A stretch of 64,000 bases of DNA. It comes from Mobula hypostoma. Taxonomy: Eukaryota. Location: assembly GCF_963921235.1 (NCBI RefSeq), contig NC_086097.1:187614001-187678000 (forward strand), read 5' to 3'. Positions 39,257-52,720 of this stretch are shown piece by piece. Made by a program: the position numbers and the translations under genes. The notes below the pieces were generated by a model. The model ran no database searches and was not told the origin of the DNA. It saw only the letters and a program-made list of their open reading frames with translations. Numbering within the stretch: position 1 is the stretch's first letter; the number at the start of each line of letters is the position of its first letter.

Positions 39257-40783
39257 ATATGTTAAGTATATAAAGTGGTGGTGTTTCTTAAGCAAGCACA
39301 ATTAATTATTGATATAAAGACTTCAAACATTCTTTTCCTGGGGTGACAGTTGTGAGTTTTATCATTGTTGTCAGCTTTCATGGAGAATTAGCTCTCAAGA
39401 TTTGGAAAGCAATCTATGTTAATATCATATTGTGCATCTTGTTTTATTTTAAGACAATGTTATGCAGTAGGCATACATTATGACAGTATGGTTGATCTAA
39501 AGCCTGTCTTTTCATGTACTTCAATGATGACTTAGAGTTTGGTTTATGGAAATCATCTGTAAATCTTCTAAATCAAAGACCATGCGGGGTGATCTTGGTT
39601 CTGGAATGGAAATGTTGAAGGTTTTAATCTGCACTTCAGTGGGAAGCTCACTGGAGGTAACATGACACTGTGGCAAGTAAGACTGCAAGGATGGTTGTTG
39701 CACTGACTCAGTCCTCCTTGACCTCAGTCGGTACCGATACTGAGTCTATAGTAACTGCATTGATTAGGATCAGAGTTTATGTAATTGAATGTTGAATGGT
39801 AATGAACTTTTAACGAAATCCAAATCTAGAAAAGGTTCTATATAATCTTTCTTGCTTGATGGAATCAAAGATTTCCTTGGATCTAAAATGAATACTTATT
39901 GGTACTGTTTCCCACATTTTTCCTATCTTTGGTAAACGTTGGACAGATTATTTTGGTTACACAAGCAATGACACATTTCCTGCAAGGTTTTCTCATGGCC
40001 TGGAAGTTCTTGGGAAAAGTCTTTCCTCTACAGTGTAAGTGTATCAACTTTTATGTGTGATGATGATCAGTTATTGCTGACCATTTTTGTTCACACCCAA
40101 TTGTGCATGAACATTCTAAAGATACAGTTATGTTAATACCTATCATTTTGATAATTTTGCATAAATAAAAATAGAATGATAGATATTAGAAATAAATGGT
40201 AGATATTTTTATCATCTATGTATTTATTCAGACTGTCTTCTTAACCTTTATAATTTAGTGTGCCTTAGGTGCAACTATTATTAGCATAGTTTACCTCACG
40301 GGTTCATAAGAAGACTTTTTCAGTTTACCCAGTTCTCTGTGAGATTCCTTAGAGTTTATGGGATTAGCCAAGGTTTGCAGTGGTCTTGTTTTGCATCTGA
40401 CCTACATGTACCCTGTTCTATGTAGTTTCATATTATCATACCTTACCTATTTTGAAGCATCAGGCCAGAAAAATTATTTTTGTTTTCACCTTGTATCATC
40501 TCAGTTCATTAAATATGATTTATTTTCATATTGGTGATGTGTTATTGTCTGGTATTGTGATCTCCTTTTGTCCTAATGCCTGAAGCACCTCATCAGAGTT
40601 AGTTTTCAGATTGACCTTGCAAGCTGCCACCAATATATGTCAGAACTTCCTAAAGAAATTATCTTGACTCGTTATTAAGGAGTTAGTACTGGAGTCAGAC
40701 ATCAATTTGAATGTCATCGTGCTGTTTGCTGCTTTAAGACGTGTGACATAGATGTTGTCCAATCCCAATTCTTCATCTCCTGA

Positions 40784-40935
40784 CAACACACACAAAATAC
40801 TGGAGAGAATCAGCAGGCCAAGCAGTAGCTATGGAAAACAGTTAACATTTCAGGCTGAGACCCTTCTTCAGTCCTGCTGAGTTCCTTCAGCATTTTGTGT
40901 GTGTTGCTTGGATTTTCAGCATCCACAGATCTTTT
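40784..40935. mobile_element. Penelope-derived fold-back with a minus-strand hammerhead-like motif (40839-40873)
   Basis: The minus strand reads gga-CTGAAGA-a-GGGT ctca GCCT-GAAA-tg-TT-aactg, between inverted ACACACAAAAT arms. Confidence 0.8.
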
Positions 40936-41957
40936 CATCTTTATTTCCTGATTTACCTTCCAAACTAAGAAATCTTCCTTTTTATCATTGTTTTGATTGC
41001 CAGTAAAATTCCTTTTGTTGCTAGTCCTGGCCATGGATGGCAGGTTAATAAACTGTTACAACTCTTCCAGCAACTAAAAGTCTTGGCTGCTTAAAGCATA
41101 CAGAATTATAGTAACAGATGGGCATTGCAATAATAGCAGTCAACTGAACTTGTTTCAACAGTATGCTTTCGACTTGGCTACATAGCTTTGCATTTTGCTA
41201 TAACTGCCTGACTGTAGATTACAGCTGTATCAATTATTTGTGGAATATGAAATTTTCTTCCAGCTCAGATGTAGTTTCCATCACTACAACTATAATACAT
41301 GCAAGTTTGAATGCCAGCTTTTGCATGCTCAACAGCTTTGAATGAATTTATTCATTTACTAGTCCTTATAAAAAGCTATTGAGTTGGAAGTACACATGAA
41401 TTTAAAAGCTAAATTCTTAAAAAAAAAACAGTGCACTCGCTAACTGCATGTCCTTTATTTATCTTTCGATGATTTTTAACTGTTTCATCTTGTTTCTCCA
41501 AAATATTCTTAAGAAGTCTGGGGTACTGTTTTTGGAGCTTACATATTACAACCTTTTGGGTTTTCACAATATTACCTTCTCCTTCAACCTCCAGCATATT
41601 GTTTGCTTTAAAGAATATGTCCTTTCATCTTTTGGACAAACTGAAGGGTTCTTCAGCTGATTAATATATCAACTGACTAATGATAGAGGCAAAGTATTTT
41701 CCAGCTCCTATTCAAAATTACATAGCTGAGAGTCTGTGTGAAGATTCAGTGATAGGTCAATGCTGCTGTCCCTCGTCTCTGTGGCTTGGTGTGCCGTGAC
41801 CTCTTGTAGGTAGACACTGAGAACTTAAACAATTTAGATCTCACACAAATGGTCCCACTTGAAGAAATCAGATTTAGTTTTATATTTTGACCTAAATCTA
41901 CTCAGGCATACAACTTTCATATTCTACAACAATCCTGAAGGACACTTAACAGCAATA

Positions 41958-42104
41958 GTGCCATGTTAGCTGATGCTTTGGAGCTAGGAGTTCAGTTCTG
42001 ATGACATCTCTAAGGAGTCTGTACATCCTCCTGTGGAATGTGTGGCTTTCCTCCAAGTGCTCCGATTGCCTCCGACAGTCTAAAGATATACTGGTTAGTA
42101 GGTT
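41958..42104 (+). mobile_element. V-domain SINE, 3'-truncated by the adjacent repeat
   Basis: GGAGTCTGTACATCCTCC..TTTCCTCCAAGTGCTCCGATTGCCTCCGACAGTCTAAAGA. Confidence 0.7.
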
Positions 42105-42500
42105 CAAAGGTTCAATTTAATGTCAGAGAAATGTATACAATATATATCCTGAAATGCTTTTTCTTTGCAACCTTCCACAGAAACAGAGGAGTGTCCCAAA
42201 GAATGAACGGCAGTTAAATGTTAGAACCCCAACCACCCCCCCCAGGCCCCTCCCTCCTGTGCATAAGCGGCAGTGAGCAACAATCCCCCCTCCCCCCACT
42301 GGCAAGATAAAAGCATCGGCACTCACCACTGAGCACTCAGGCATGAGCAAAGCAACAGTAAAGACACAGACTTGCAGTACCCCAAAGACTACGTTGTTCA
42401 CCCGGCATTCGACATACCACAGGCTCTCTCTCTCTCCCTAATAAGGGAGAAAGAGGTGTCTCCGTTTTACAGTGAGCGGGGAGACATAACAAACAACTCC
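42101..42500 (-). mobile_element. Retroposon 3' region of unassigned family (same as 63565-63897)
   Basis: Colinear reverse complement of 63565-63897; ATTAAA signal and CCTTTGAA-type tail. Confidence 0.75.
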
Positions 42501-44089
42501 ATGCTTTAGCTTAATAAATCTTCATTGCCAATTGGTAATGCCTTTGTGAATATACACCTATATCGAAAGAGATAGAGATTTATTTTGAAAAGCTGTACAC
42601 TTTAACTATTTACATGCTGAGATTTTAAGCTGGCAGACTGAATGATGAAAGCAGGCATACCACAGGACTCTCCTCTAATAGGATCAGCATACACAGAAAT
42701 AAATGGGGCAGGATGTGCTTGCTATTGATAGCAACACAGGAAAGTTGATTATTGTTAACCTTTCTTGAGGAATAAATGGAACTCCAACAGAGGAAATCTG
42801 TTGCACCAGAATGCATTTGCTTTGTCCTGTATCCCTCCTGCTGATTCGCAGATAGCTTCCCCTGAGAGAGAGATGCATACACACTACTTTGACACAGGTA
42901 TTGCATAAAGAAGTGTCAGCTTCTGAAATCTATTGAGAGAGAATACCTAAGGCACAACTACAATTGAAAGTTAACAACTTGACTAAACAGGCACTGGATG
43001 TCATGCTGATAGTGTGTTCCAGGCAAAGGATTAACCTGCTCCTTTAAAGAATAAAGTTTAGCAATGCACAATTAGTGATGTCTTTCATTACAAATCCAAA
43101 TACTGGTTAAGCAGTATTTTACCAATCCCGATATTTGGTTTTCCTAACTGGTTAACCTAATACAGAAGGAGCTATCAGACACTAATTTTTTATTTACCCC
43201 ATAACTTGGGACTAGTTGCACTGGGAGTTTCCTTCTAATCCACACAAAGCAAATGTTTGTTGGCCTATCCACTCCTCGTCTCCACTCATTGTGATACCTC
43301 ACTGGAAAACTGTCTTCCACTTTGGAGGGTCATTCTGCAGGCATTGGGTTCCTGGTGGCCACCACTAAACCTATGTTTACCAGATGGCTGCCTTTTTTTT
43401 TAAGATGTGTTCAGGCAGGAAATTGATCTGATGCAGTCAAAAGATGACCCTAAATTAAATGACCTAGGTTTGACATGGTTGATGCCAGGTGAATAAGGTG
43501 ATAAATACACACTTGCCTAATTTTTGCCCATTAAAAAAATATATTGCTTGATGTTATTGTGGGTGTTTCAAATCCTTGGACCCAATATGGATTATTTTGT
43601 TCTTTATTGGAGTTGTGACAGCCCTAAGATCAGCATTAGCACAAGAATAGCACTTCCCCGAGCACATCTGATACCAGAAAGTCGTTTAAGTTTCCATGGT
43701 GATGTTAAATACCTTTATATTTTTATACGGGTGCTCTCTCATGCTGAAAGAAAATGCTTAATGTTGTAAACAACAACTTGTATTCAACAGCCTCTAACAT
43801 AATGAAACAAGGAGACAACATTTTTAAAAGAACAAATTCTGAACTGAAGGAGAGCTGGGTGACAGTACAATATTGCTTGCTCAAGCAGATAGATTTTAGT
43901 AAACACCTTAGTAGATGAAAGGGAGGTGGTGAAGAAATGAAGTTTAGGAACGGAACTTTTGGAGCACAGGGCTGCCTGGCAAAGTATATCACAGATTTAT
44001 CATTGTTACTAGACCAAATTTCATTTCCAATGCATAGATGAGGCAGACATTTTCCTACTGTCCACAGCTGAAATATTACAATTCATTTC

Positions 44090-44878
44090 CTCCTTGCTGA
44101 CAACCAACACAGGTGCACCTCTAGGTCGCATGTTTAGCTCACAGATCTACTCTCTCTACACTCATGACTATGTAGCTAGGCAATTCACCAATAACACAGC
44201 TTTGGTTGGTGGACATTCAGATGGCACTGAAGAGTTGAACAGGAGTGAAAATACATCAGCTGGTTGAGTGGTGTTACAACAACAGCCTTGCACTCACCAT
44301 CAGCAAGACCAAGGAATTGATTGTGGACTTCAGGAAGGGAAAGTCAGGAGAATTACACTTCATTGGAAGATCAGTAGTGGAAAGGCTGAGCAGCTTCAAA
44401 TTTGTGGACATCAACACCTCAGAGGATCTATCCTGGGCCACACATATAGATGCAATTATGAAGAAGGCACAGCAGTGGCTCTGCTTCATTAGGAGCTTGA
44501 GGAGATTCTTGCAAATTTCTACGGGTGTACAGTGGAGAGCATTCTGACTGGATTCATCATAGTCTGGATTGGAGACTCCAGTGCACAGGATCACAAGAGA
44601 CTGCAGATGGTTGCAGACTCGGTCAGACCTATCACGGGCACCACCCTGCCCACCATCAAGGACTTCTTCAAGAGGTGGCGTCTGAAGAAGGCAGCATCAC
44701 TAAATACCCTCAACACCTGGGATATGCCCTCTTAACTTCATGATGATCAAAGAGGAAGTAAGGAGCCTGAAGACCCACAGTCAACATTCCAAGAAAAATA
44801 ACTTCCCCTCCACTGTTGTCTCAAAACAGCAAATTTCACAACATATGTTAGTAATAATAAGCTTGATTCTGATTCTGA
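44090..44878 (+). mobile_element. Rex1/Babar-type LINE fragment
   Basis: ORF 44245-44547 has LVEWCYNNSLALTISKTKELIVDFRKG..KKAQQWL. GATTCTGATTCTGA tail. Confidence 0.85.
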
Positions 44879-45116
44879 ATTCCCAGCAAATATCTGTTGT
44901 GAGTAGATAATATAAATTACATAAATACAGTTGATTCCAGTTAAACGGGACGCATCGGAACCGGTACTTTCTGGCCCAATTAAATTATTGCCCTAATTAG
45001 CCGAACTTTCATGAAAATAGTTAAAACCATAAAAAAGATGAAATACCATTTAACTGAGTAACAAATTATGCATTTAAATGAAATACAGAACAAACTAGAA
45101 CACTATCAATAGTACT

Positions 45117-46222
45117 GTGATTAGAATAGGATTAGACATTGGCTCGATGGAAGAAGCCAGAGAGTGGTGGTAGAGAATTGCTTCTCTGAGTGGAGGCCTG
45201 TGACTAGTGGTGTGCCACAGGGATCAGTGCTGGGTCCATTGCTATTTGTCATCTATATCAATGATCTGGATGATAATGTGGTAAATTGGATCGGCAAGTT
45301 TGCTGATGATACAAAGATTGGAGGTGTAGTAGACAGTGAGGAAGGTTTTCAGAGCCTGCAGAGGGACTTGGACCAGCTGGAAAAATGGGCTGAAAAATGG
45401 CAGATGGTGTTTAATACTGACAAGTGTGAGGTATTGCACGTTGGAAGGACAAACCAACGTAGAACATACAGGGTTAATGGTAAGGCACTGAGGAGTGCAG
45501 TGGAACAGAGGGATCTGGGAATACAGATACAAGATTCCCTAAAAGTGTCGTCACAGGTAGATAGGGTTGTAAAGAGAGCTTTTGGTACATTGGCCTTTAT
45601 TAATCGAAGTATTGAGTATAGGAGCTGGAATGTTATGATGAGGTTGTATAAGGCATTGGTGAGGCCGAATCTGGAGTATTGTGTTCAGTTTTGGTCACCA
45701 AATTACAGGAAGGATATAAATAAGGTTGAAAGAGTGCAGAGAAGGTTTACAAGGATGTTGCCGGGACTTGAGAAACTCAGTTACAGAGAAAGGTTGAATA
45801 GGTTAGGACTTTATTCCCTGGAGCGTAGAAGAATGAGGGGAGATTTGATAGAGGTATATAAAATTATGATGGGTATAGATAGAGTGAATGCAAGCAGGCT
45901 TTTTCCACTGAGGCAAGGGGAGAAAAAAACGAGAGGACATGGGTTAAGGGTGAGGGGGGAAAAGTTTAAAGGGAACATTAGCGGGGGCTTCTTCACATAG
46001 AGAGTGGTGGGAGTATGGAATGAGCTGCCAGACGAGGTGGTAAATGCGGGTTCTTTTTTAACATTTAAGAATAAATTGGACAGATACATGGATGGGAGAT
46101 GTATGGAGGGATATAGTCCGTGTGCAGGTCAGTGGGACTAGGCAGAAAATGGTTCGGCACAGTCAAGAAGGGCCAAAGGGCCTGTTACTGTGCTGAAGTT
46201 TCTATGGTTCTATGGTTCTATG
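45117..46222 (+). mobile_element. Young CR1 LINE, 5'-truncated RT
   Basis: 278-aa ORF with GVPQGSVLGP and KFADDTK, and a premature TAG at 45998. (TTCTATGG)n tail. GTACT at 45112-45116 and 46223-46227. Confidence 0.95.
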
Positions 46223-46227
46223 GTACT

Positions 46228-46654
46228 AGTGGTTGTTTATTGTATCCAACGATGACAGGAAACCTGTGTGGAAGAATTTTAAAAGTGAAAAAGCTGTCGC
46301 ACTGGGACAGTTCCACTCTCCTCACCTCAGAAGTCTGGGTCCAGTGGTACTAGCAGGCATCACAACTGGGGTCTTCCCTGGTTGTAGTGCATGATCATGA
46401 TTTCTTCTGGGCATTGCAGAACCGCTTTCCTGGCCATTGGGTCTTGTTGTAGATCTCATTCACCTAGTCCGCTGGAGCTGGCTTCGCATACTAGGACAAG
46501 CATGTTCCTATCTCACTGTGGTCTGAAATCCACCAGCTATCCTTCCCTGGCTTAGCGCACTTGTCGAAGCAGTTTCCTGGAGTGTAGCCTCTGTCGCATG
46601 CAAATGGTTACTTGGAGCCACAGATGAGAGCCGAGCTGAGTGGGGGCCAAAGGT
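46228..46654 (-). mobile_element. Non-coding interspersed element, probably an RTE-related SINE
   Basis: Discrete GC-richer insert that is absent from Tigger copy 1. Short CAA-type tail on the minus strand; RTE-5'UTR-like composition. Confidence 0.55.
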
Positions 46655-47390
46655 AACATTCAAGATAGTTGTCAATTCTTTCAAATCCTTCATAGTTCCT
46701 AATTTGTTGAAGTAGTGAAATCATTACATTTTCACCCCTGCTATTTCTGGTATCTCCAAGCCTCAATGCTTGAAACCACAGTGGGCAAATAAGCAGTAGG
46801 ACAGTTCTGAATTGTTTGCACTGCTTATTTCTCACTAACTACCATTGATCACTGCTTTTTGAACACAAACACATGCAACTGACACTATTTAAAAACCGCT
46901 CACCCTAAGCATAGTGTAGCATGTAACAGCAAAGCAAGTGCACATGACTGACACTAGTCAGAACCGGTTCAACAAGTCTCCTGCCCCAATTATGTGCATA
47001 GTGTCCTAAGTAGATGAAGGGAATCCTGGCAATTTTCTCAATTTTTAAAAATGTTTCATTCTTTAAGAGTTATACCATGAAATGCTTTATACCATATTAC
47101 AAGTTCTTTTTAATTGTATGTTCTTATTCAACTTGCTTTAAAAGCAACAGTCACAGAGAAAGCTGTAAGAGTATATACCATTTAACTGCTGAAATTAGAT
47201 TTTAGGCCTTCAATTTGCTTTGTGGAGCCAGTTTTTCTCCATGCAGTCTGTGGTTATATTGGTAGCTTTATTTGAAAAGTCTGTTGGTTTTTTGATCACT
47301 CTGAACAGCAGCACCTTATTCATTTCATTCCTTTGGATTATAACATAAAGAATTAGCAATTTTACCCTCATTGCTTCAAATATGACAAGT

Positions 47391-47414
47391 GAGAGAGAGA
47401 GAGAGAGAGAGAGA
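47391..47414. repeat. (GA)n microsatellite
   Basis: About 12 GA units. Confidence 0.95.
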
Positions 47415-47680
47415 GTGATTGAGAGAGTTCCATCAACAGAAAGAAAATTAGCTCTGCAAATCTGAGAAAGATCAAAACAGAGAATGGTTTTTTTTTGATA
47501 TGTAAGGAATCAAAGGATACAATGTTAGTACAGGAAAGTGGCACCGAAGTAAAAAAAAAGCCATGATATTTATAATGGTGGAGGAGGCATGCATTTGTGG
47601 ACTTTAGAGGCCCAGTCTCAGGTTAAAAGCAGAACGTGTTGAGCTGAAATCCCTGACAGACTTTTTCCATTGTCTTCACT

Positions 47681-48809
47681 TTCTTCAAAATTAGGGCACA
47701 TGGTATTGGGGGCAGACTACTGGCATGGATTGAAAATTGGCTGGCTGACAGAAAACAAAGAGTAGCGATTAACGGGTCCCTTTTGGAATGGCAGGCGGTG
47801 ACCAGTGGGGTACCGCAGGGTTCAGTGCTGGGACCGCAGCTGTTTACAATATATATTAATGATTTAGATGAGGGAATTAAAAGTAACATTAGCAAATTTG
47901 CCGATGACACAAAGCTGGGTGGCAGTGTGAAATGTGAGGAGGATGTTATGAGAATACAGGGTGCCTTGGACAGGCTGGGTGAGTGGGCAGATGCATGGCA
48001 GATGCAGTTTAATGTGGATAAATGTGAGGTTATCCACTTTGGTGGTAAGAACAGGAAGGCAAATTATTATCTAAATGGAGTCAAGTTAGGAAAAGAGGAA
48101 GCAGAACGAGATCTAGGTGTTTTTGTACATCAGTCACTGAAAGCAAGCATGAAAGTACAGCAGGCAGTGGAGAAAGCTAATGGCATGCTGGCCTTCATAA
48201 CAAGGGGAATTGAGTATAAGAGAAAAGAGCTCCTTCTGCAGCTGTACAGGGCCCTGGTGAGACCACACCTGGAGTATTGTGTGCAGTTTTGGTCTCCAAA
48301 TTTGAGGAAGGACATTCTTGCTATTGAGGGAGTGCAGCGTAGGTTCACGAGGTTAATTCCCGGGATGGTGGGACTGTCATATGTTGAAAGATTGGAGTGA
48401 CTGGGCTTGTATACTCTGGAATTTAGAAGGCTGAGAGGGGATCTTATTGAAACATATAAGATTATTAAGGGATTGGACACGCTAGAGGCAGGAAGCATGT
48501 TCCCGCTGATGGGTGAGTCCAGAACCAGAGGCCACAGTTTAAGAATTAGGGGTAGGCCATTTAGAACGGAGTTGGGGAAATACTTTTTCACCCAGAGAGT
48601 GGTGGGTATATGGAATGCTCTGCCCAGATGGCTGTGGGGGCCAAGTCTCTGGATGCTTTCAAGAAAGAGATGGATAGAACTCTTAAAGATAGCGGAATCA
48701 AAGGTTGTGGGGATAAGGCAGGAACTGAATACTAATTGTGGATGATCAGCCATGATCACAGTGAATGGCAGTGCTGGCTTGAAGGGCCGAATGGCCTACT
48801 CCTGCATCT
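47681..48809 (+). mobile_element. CR1 LINE, 5'-truncated RT, with 12-bp TSD
   Basis: In-frame ORFs 47783-48400 and 48407-48745 (KFADDTK; TGA at 48398). ATTGTCTTCACT at 47669-47680 and 48810-48821. Confidence 0.95.
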
Positions 48810-50578
48810 ATTGTCTTCACTAGTGGGAAATTATGAAAGCAAGGTTGGCTCCACCTGCACAGTGCTGTAAAATGACAGCCTCTCTTTCAATGGCACAAGA
48901 TTTAGTCCACGGAGCACCATTTAGCCAGTTGTTCCCAGTTACCAATCCCTATACGTGAAGGGACCTTTGCTGTTTTCAAGGCTTCTACACAAAGTGTCAG
49001 AAATCAGACCATCCATGGGTATTACCCTAGCAATGTGTAAGGACTAGGATAATGAGCAGGGGGCAAGTTGCTGAATGAAGGGAGAAGTGTGCTGAGCTAA
49101 TTCGATGGCTGCTGCTTGACTGCTTGAAATGACCACTGGTAGCCATAGCGGATATCCAGAAGCAACCCTTGGTCCAGAAGATCAAGCTGTAGACAGTAGC
49201 TTGGTATGAAATAAGAACAATGTAGATAATAGCAAAGATAGTTCAGAGAAGTTCTAATGTAATCTACGGAACTCAAGTAAAGCTACCAATGATTTAGAAA
49301 TCAGGTAGCCTTTACATACTGACATGAGATTAAATGAGTGGAATTGATATCTTTTGCCACTGAAATGTGCTTGGATTTTTTTGATAAGCATTTGGCATCA
49401 GGATTATTAACCACTGAGAAAAGCCACATGACTCACTGGGAAAAAGGAAAATGTTGCATTTTGCAGTGAAGCAAAAACACAGCCAGTGATCAATCAACAA
49501 CCATAGAGTGAAATTTCAGGGAAACCGAATGTTGTTGCAAGATATCTGTCTATCTAGCGTGGTGGAGCATTTACTTATCAATCAGGGTTACTTCCTGTCT
49601 CTAGAGGTGATGCCAGTCAGTAAATTGGAAATTCTACTGCAGGCTGAATAGCTCAAACAGACCTGAAAGAGAACAAACAGCCCAACACACAGGACATCTT
49701 TTCTGACCTTCCACACTGATGCATTAACCACATCCATTTATCCCTCAATATTGACAGAACTCTGCTGCATTCCAAGCATCCCCTCCTATAAAAAAAGAAT
49801 ACAGGATAGGGCCAAGGTCAAGTAATGTTTGAGTCAATGTTCAGCCATAGGATTAATTATATACTTGAGCAGTCTGCAGAACCTTGGCTTTAATGACTTT
49901 AGCATTCCCCATTTTGCAAATACTGCTTAGAACTTGGATTCACGCCAAGTTGGCTCCAGCCATGTGGGATTAATGTGTAATCTAACAAACCTCAAGCACT
50001 GTCTTCTTTGGTGTTTGACATTGCTTTTTTAGTAAGAGGAAATCTTTAATGGAAACTGCTTTATTTCCTGGTACCAAACTACATCATTAATGAGTACTTT
50101 AAAATAGCAGAACAGCTCCTGTTTGTCCTTTATTATATATCAATACAAGCATTTTTCAGTTTTTAATGTAAATTCATTAATTTCCTAAAAATGAGTTCTC
50201 AGACTAAACCTAGTAATGTGTAGTCATTTGTCTTTAACTGAGACTGTTCCCTTGCCATACATTCATCCATAGCAATGTTGAAATCGTAGTCCCAAGTTCA
50301 CCATCTAAGGAGCTATGCCTCTCTATACCCTTTACAAAATTCAGCTAATTACAACTACTAAACAAACTGCAGAAACTCCCTGCATTAATATATCATCTTA
50401 AACAACAACAGCATTATTAAATATCAGTTAATATTCTAAGGGATATTTAGTAATATAAAGAAATACAATACAATTCAAGCACAAACGATACCAACACTTC
50501 TGTAAAGGTACCTGAAGATCCTGATTCTGATCTTGGTCTATTTAAGATCATCTTCCAGCCATGTTATCTACTCCTTTC

Positions 50579-50986
50579 TGTTATATTTTATAACTCCAAA
50601 ACATAAAAATTAATTGAAAGGAAAACAAGGGAGTCTGGAATAACATATCTAACTTCATGTTTACTTTAACCAAGGTGCACAGGTATCTCGTGGTAGGGTC
50701 ATGAAGTATGCAAATCACTTATTTTTACATGTAACCCATAACAAATTATTTAAAGGAACAATAATGTTTAATCAAGCAATATATTTACAATATTACTGAA
50801 CTACGACTGAAATACTAAATACACCATACTCCCCCTGCTTAGCAATAAACTCCAACTCAATAGAGAATGCATCTCATCTATATACACAGTATATTATGTA
50901 ATACAACTACTAAACAGATATCCACAGCAAAGTAAATACATTTTGCAATAGTACTCAAATACTACTGAAATATTAAATACACAACA
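50579..50986 (-). mobile_element. Internally deleted Gypsy LTR element (LTR 50579-50826, PPT, stub of second LTR)
   Basis: TG..CA ends; the start matches the LTR at 24475. CTCCCCCT (minus-strand PPT) follows 50826, the LTR end recurs at about 50940-50986, and the flanks are CTTTC/CTTTG. Confidence 0.8.
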
Positions 50987-52224
50987 CTTTGCCTTTAGCT
51001 TCTTGAAAGCTCCCTACTATCCCACTTAAGATAATGACATCACTGCTCACTTTCTAAAGCCAGTTCAATTGCTTGTTTTCAAATGGTTACTAAAAAAAGT
51101 CCATTAAGATTTTTCTGCTTTTAACTGTCTTCTTTATCAGTATTACCACATTACCAGCATCCTTCTGTTATCTTTGTCAATGAAAATAACCACTCTTTTA
51201 AAACATTTTCACAAAGGATTTCTGTTGGTATTGCTGCCTGCCAAGATTTCTGGTGGAACAACTGAAACATTGAAGTCCTCACCACTAAAATGCAGCCATT
51301 CAACCAACCTCTCAAAGTTTGCTCCATCCAAAAGTCACCAAGAATATTCCACTTACCTTGTATGTCTTCCTAGTACTGTACTGCATTCGAACTGCTTCAT
51401 CTGCATTTGGTTTCCTTTAAATCTCAGCTTTAAGCATTGAAGAAGAAACATCACAGAAATCTACAATGTTTAAAAGCATTTATCCAAACTTTCCATCGTA
51501 GTTTATATGTAAAGATTCATGGTTCACGATCTTTTTCACTCATTTAGAGGTTGCATTTAAGCAGAACTCTTCAATATATGCAGTCAATTATGTTAGAACT
51601 CCACAAAATAATCTCCAAGCATTTGTTAAATGTACGTATAGGAAATGAGGACGGCAACAAGTCAGGTGTGGGGACGCTAGCTGAAGGAGAGGTCTGGTGT
51701 TGGGCCAAGCATCTGACCCTTGGCCTTGGACCATGCGCCTGTCCCCTGGCCTTTTGGGAATAGGTGTGAGGGCAAACCAAGTGCTAGATCTTTGACTATG
51801 GGATTAGGACTGACTGTGAGCTGGAGTATAGGACTCTAGCCCTGGGAATTGGACTGATGGCAACTGAGGTGCTGTGCCTCTGAGAATGGGATGCAAGGCA
51901 CTAGGCTTCTGATTCTAGACATGGGTTTGATAGTGAGGGAGATGCTAGATGTGGGGTTGATAGCGAGGGATGTTAAAGGTTGTTGTATTGTGCCACCTGA
52001 GTCTATACAACTGCCCTACCCACAGTTCACTTGGTTTACTTCAGATGACAATAAATGTGAACTTGAACTTGGTCTTCAGCCATTTGACTTGGGTGTTATT
52101 TGCATTTATTGAGATATGTCCTGGGCTTGAGTTCAAGTGATATATTTATATATGAAGAACAAAAGTGGACTTAATTCTGGCACCGCATTTGGATGCTTTT
52201 AAATTCAAAACACGTACTTACTAT

Positions 52225-52345
52225 TCTGAAGGAAGGTCATCAGTCTGATGCTGCTTCCCTCTCCACTGATGGTGTCTGACCTTCTGAGCATTCCCAGCAT
52301 CCCTTGCTATTATTTCCAATGTTCAGCACCTGCAGTGTTTTGCCT
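52225..52345 (+). mobile_element. Old Penelope-type terminal repeat arm
   Basis: CTCTCCACTGATGGTGTCTGACCTTCTGAGCATTCCCAGCAT..CAGCACCTGCAGTGTTTTGC. Confidence 0.5.
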
Positions 52346-52583
52346 TTCACTCAGTGACTCTTATGGGTGTTTGCAATCAAATGATTTTCCGTTAATACTG
52401 TTTACTATCTTCTTAAGGCAGATGCTCTAAGTCCTCTGGAAATCTTTTTAAGATCGTTTATCAAATACTTCCAGAAATTCCATTAAACATATAACTACTG
52501 TACTATATTTCCTTAATCTGTCCAGTGAATCACTTCTTCAAAACAAATCTATTAACTTCATCAAACACTATCCCATTTGATTA

Positions 52584-52720
52584 TTGCAGATGCTGCAAAT
52601 CCAAGCAACACACACAAAATGCTGGAGGAACTCAGCAGGCCAGGCGGCATCTAAGGAAAAAAGTACTTTTCTTCCATAGATGCAGCCTGGCCTGCTGAGT
52701 TCCTCAGGCATTTTGTGTGT
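52584..52720. mobile_element. Penelope-derived fold-back element (axis AAGT|ACTT at 52664/52665)
   Basis: ACACACAAAATGCTGGAGGAACTCAGCAGGCCAGGCGGCATCTA and its inverse flank an AGTACT palindrome. Confidence 0.85.

Larger units (their letters stand above)
44928..47072 (-). mobile_element. Non-autonomous Tigger/pogo-type transposon, copy 2, split by CR1 and an RTE-related SINE
   Basis: TA-CAGTTGATTCCAGTTAA terminus. Segments 44928-45116 and 46654-47072 are colinear with 10377-11123. Confidence 0.8.

Noticed and set aside
39722..39745. Small hairpin CTCAGTCGGTACCGATACTGAG
   Set aside because: Too short to distinguish from chance.
51640..51980. G-rich block with short imperfect repeats (GGGTTTGATAGTGAGGGA / GGGGTTGATAGCGAGGGA)
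   Set aside because: No ends, TSD or coding signal to support a call; probably a decayed repeat.
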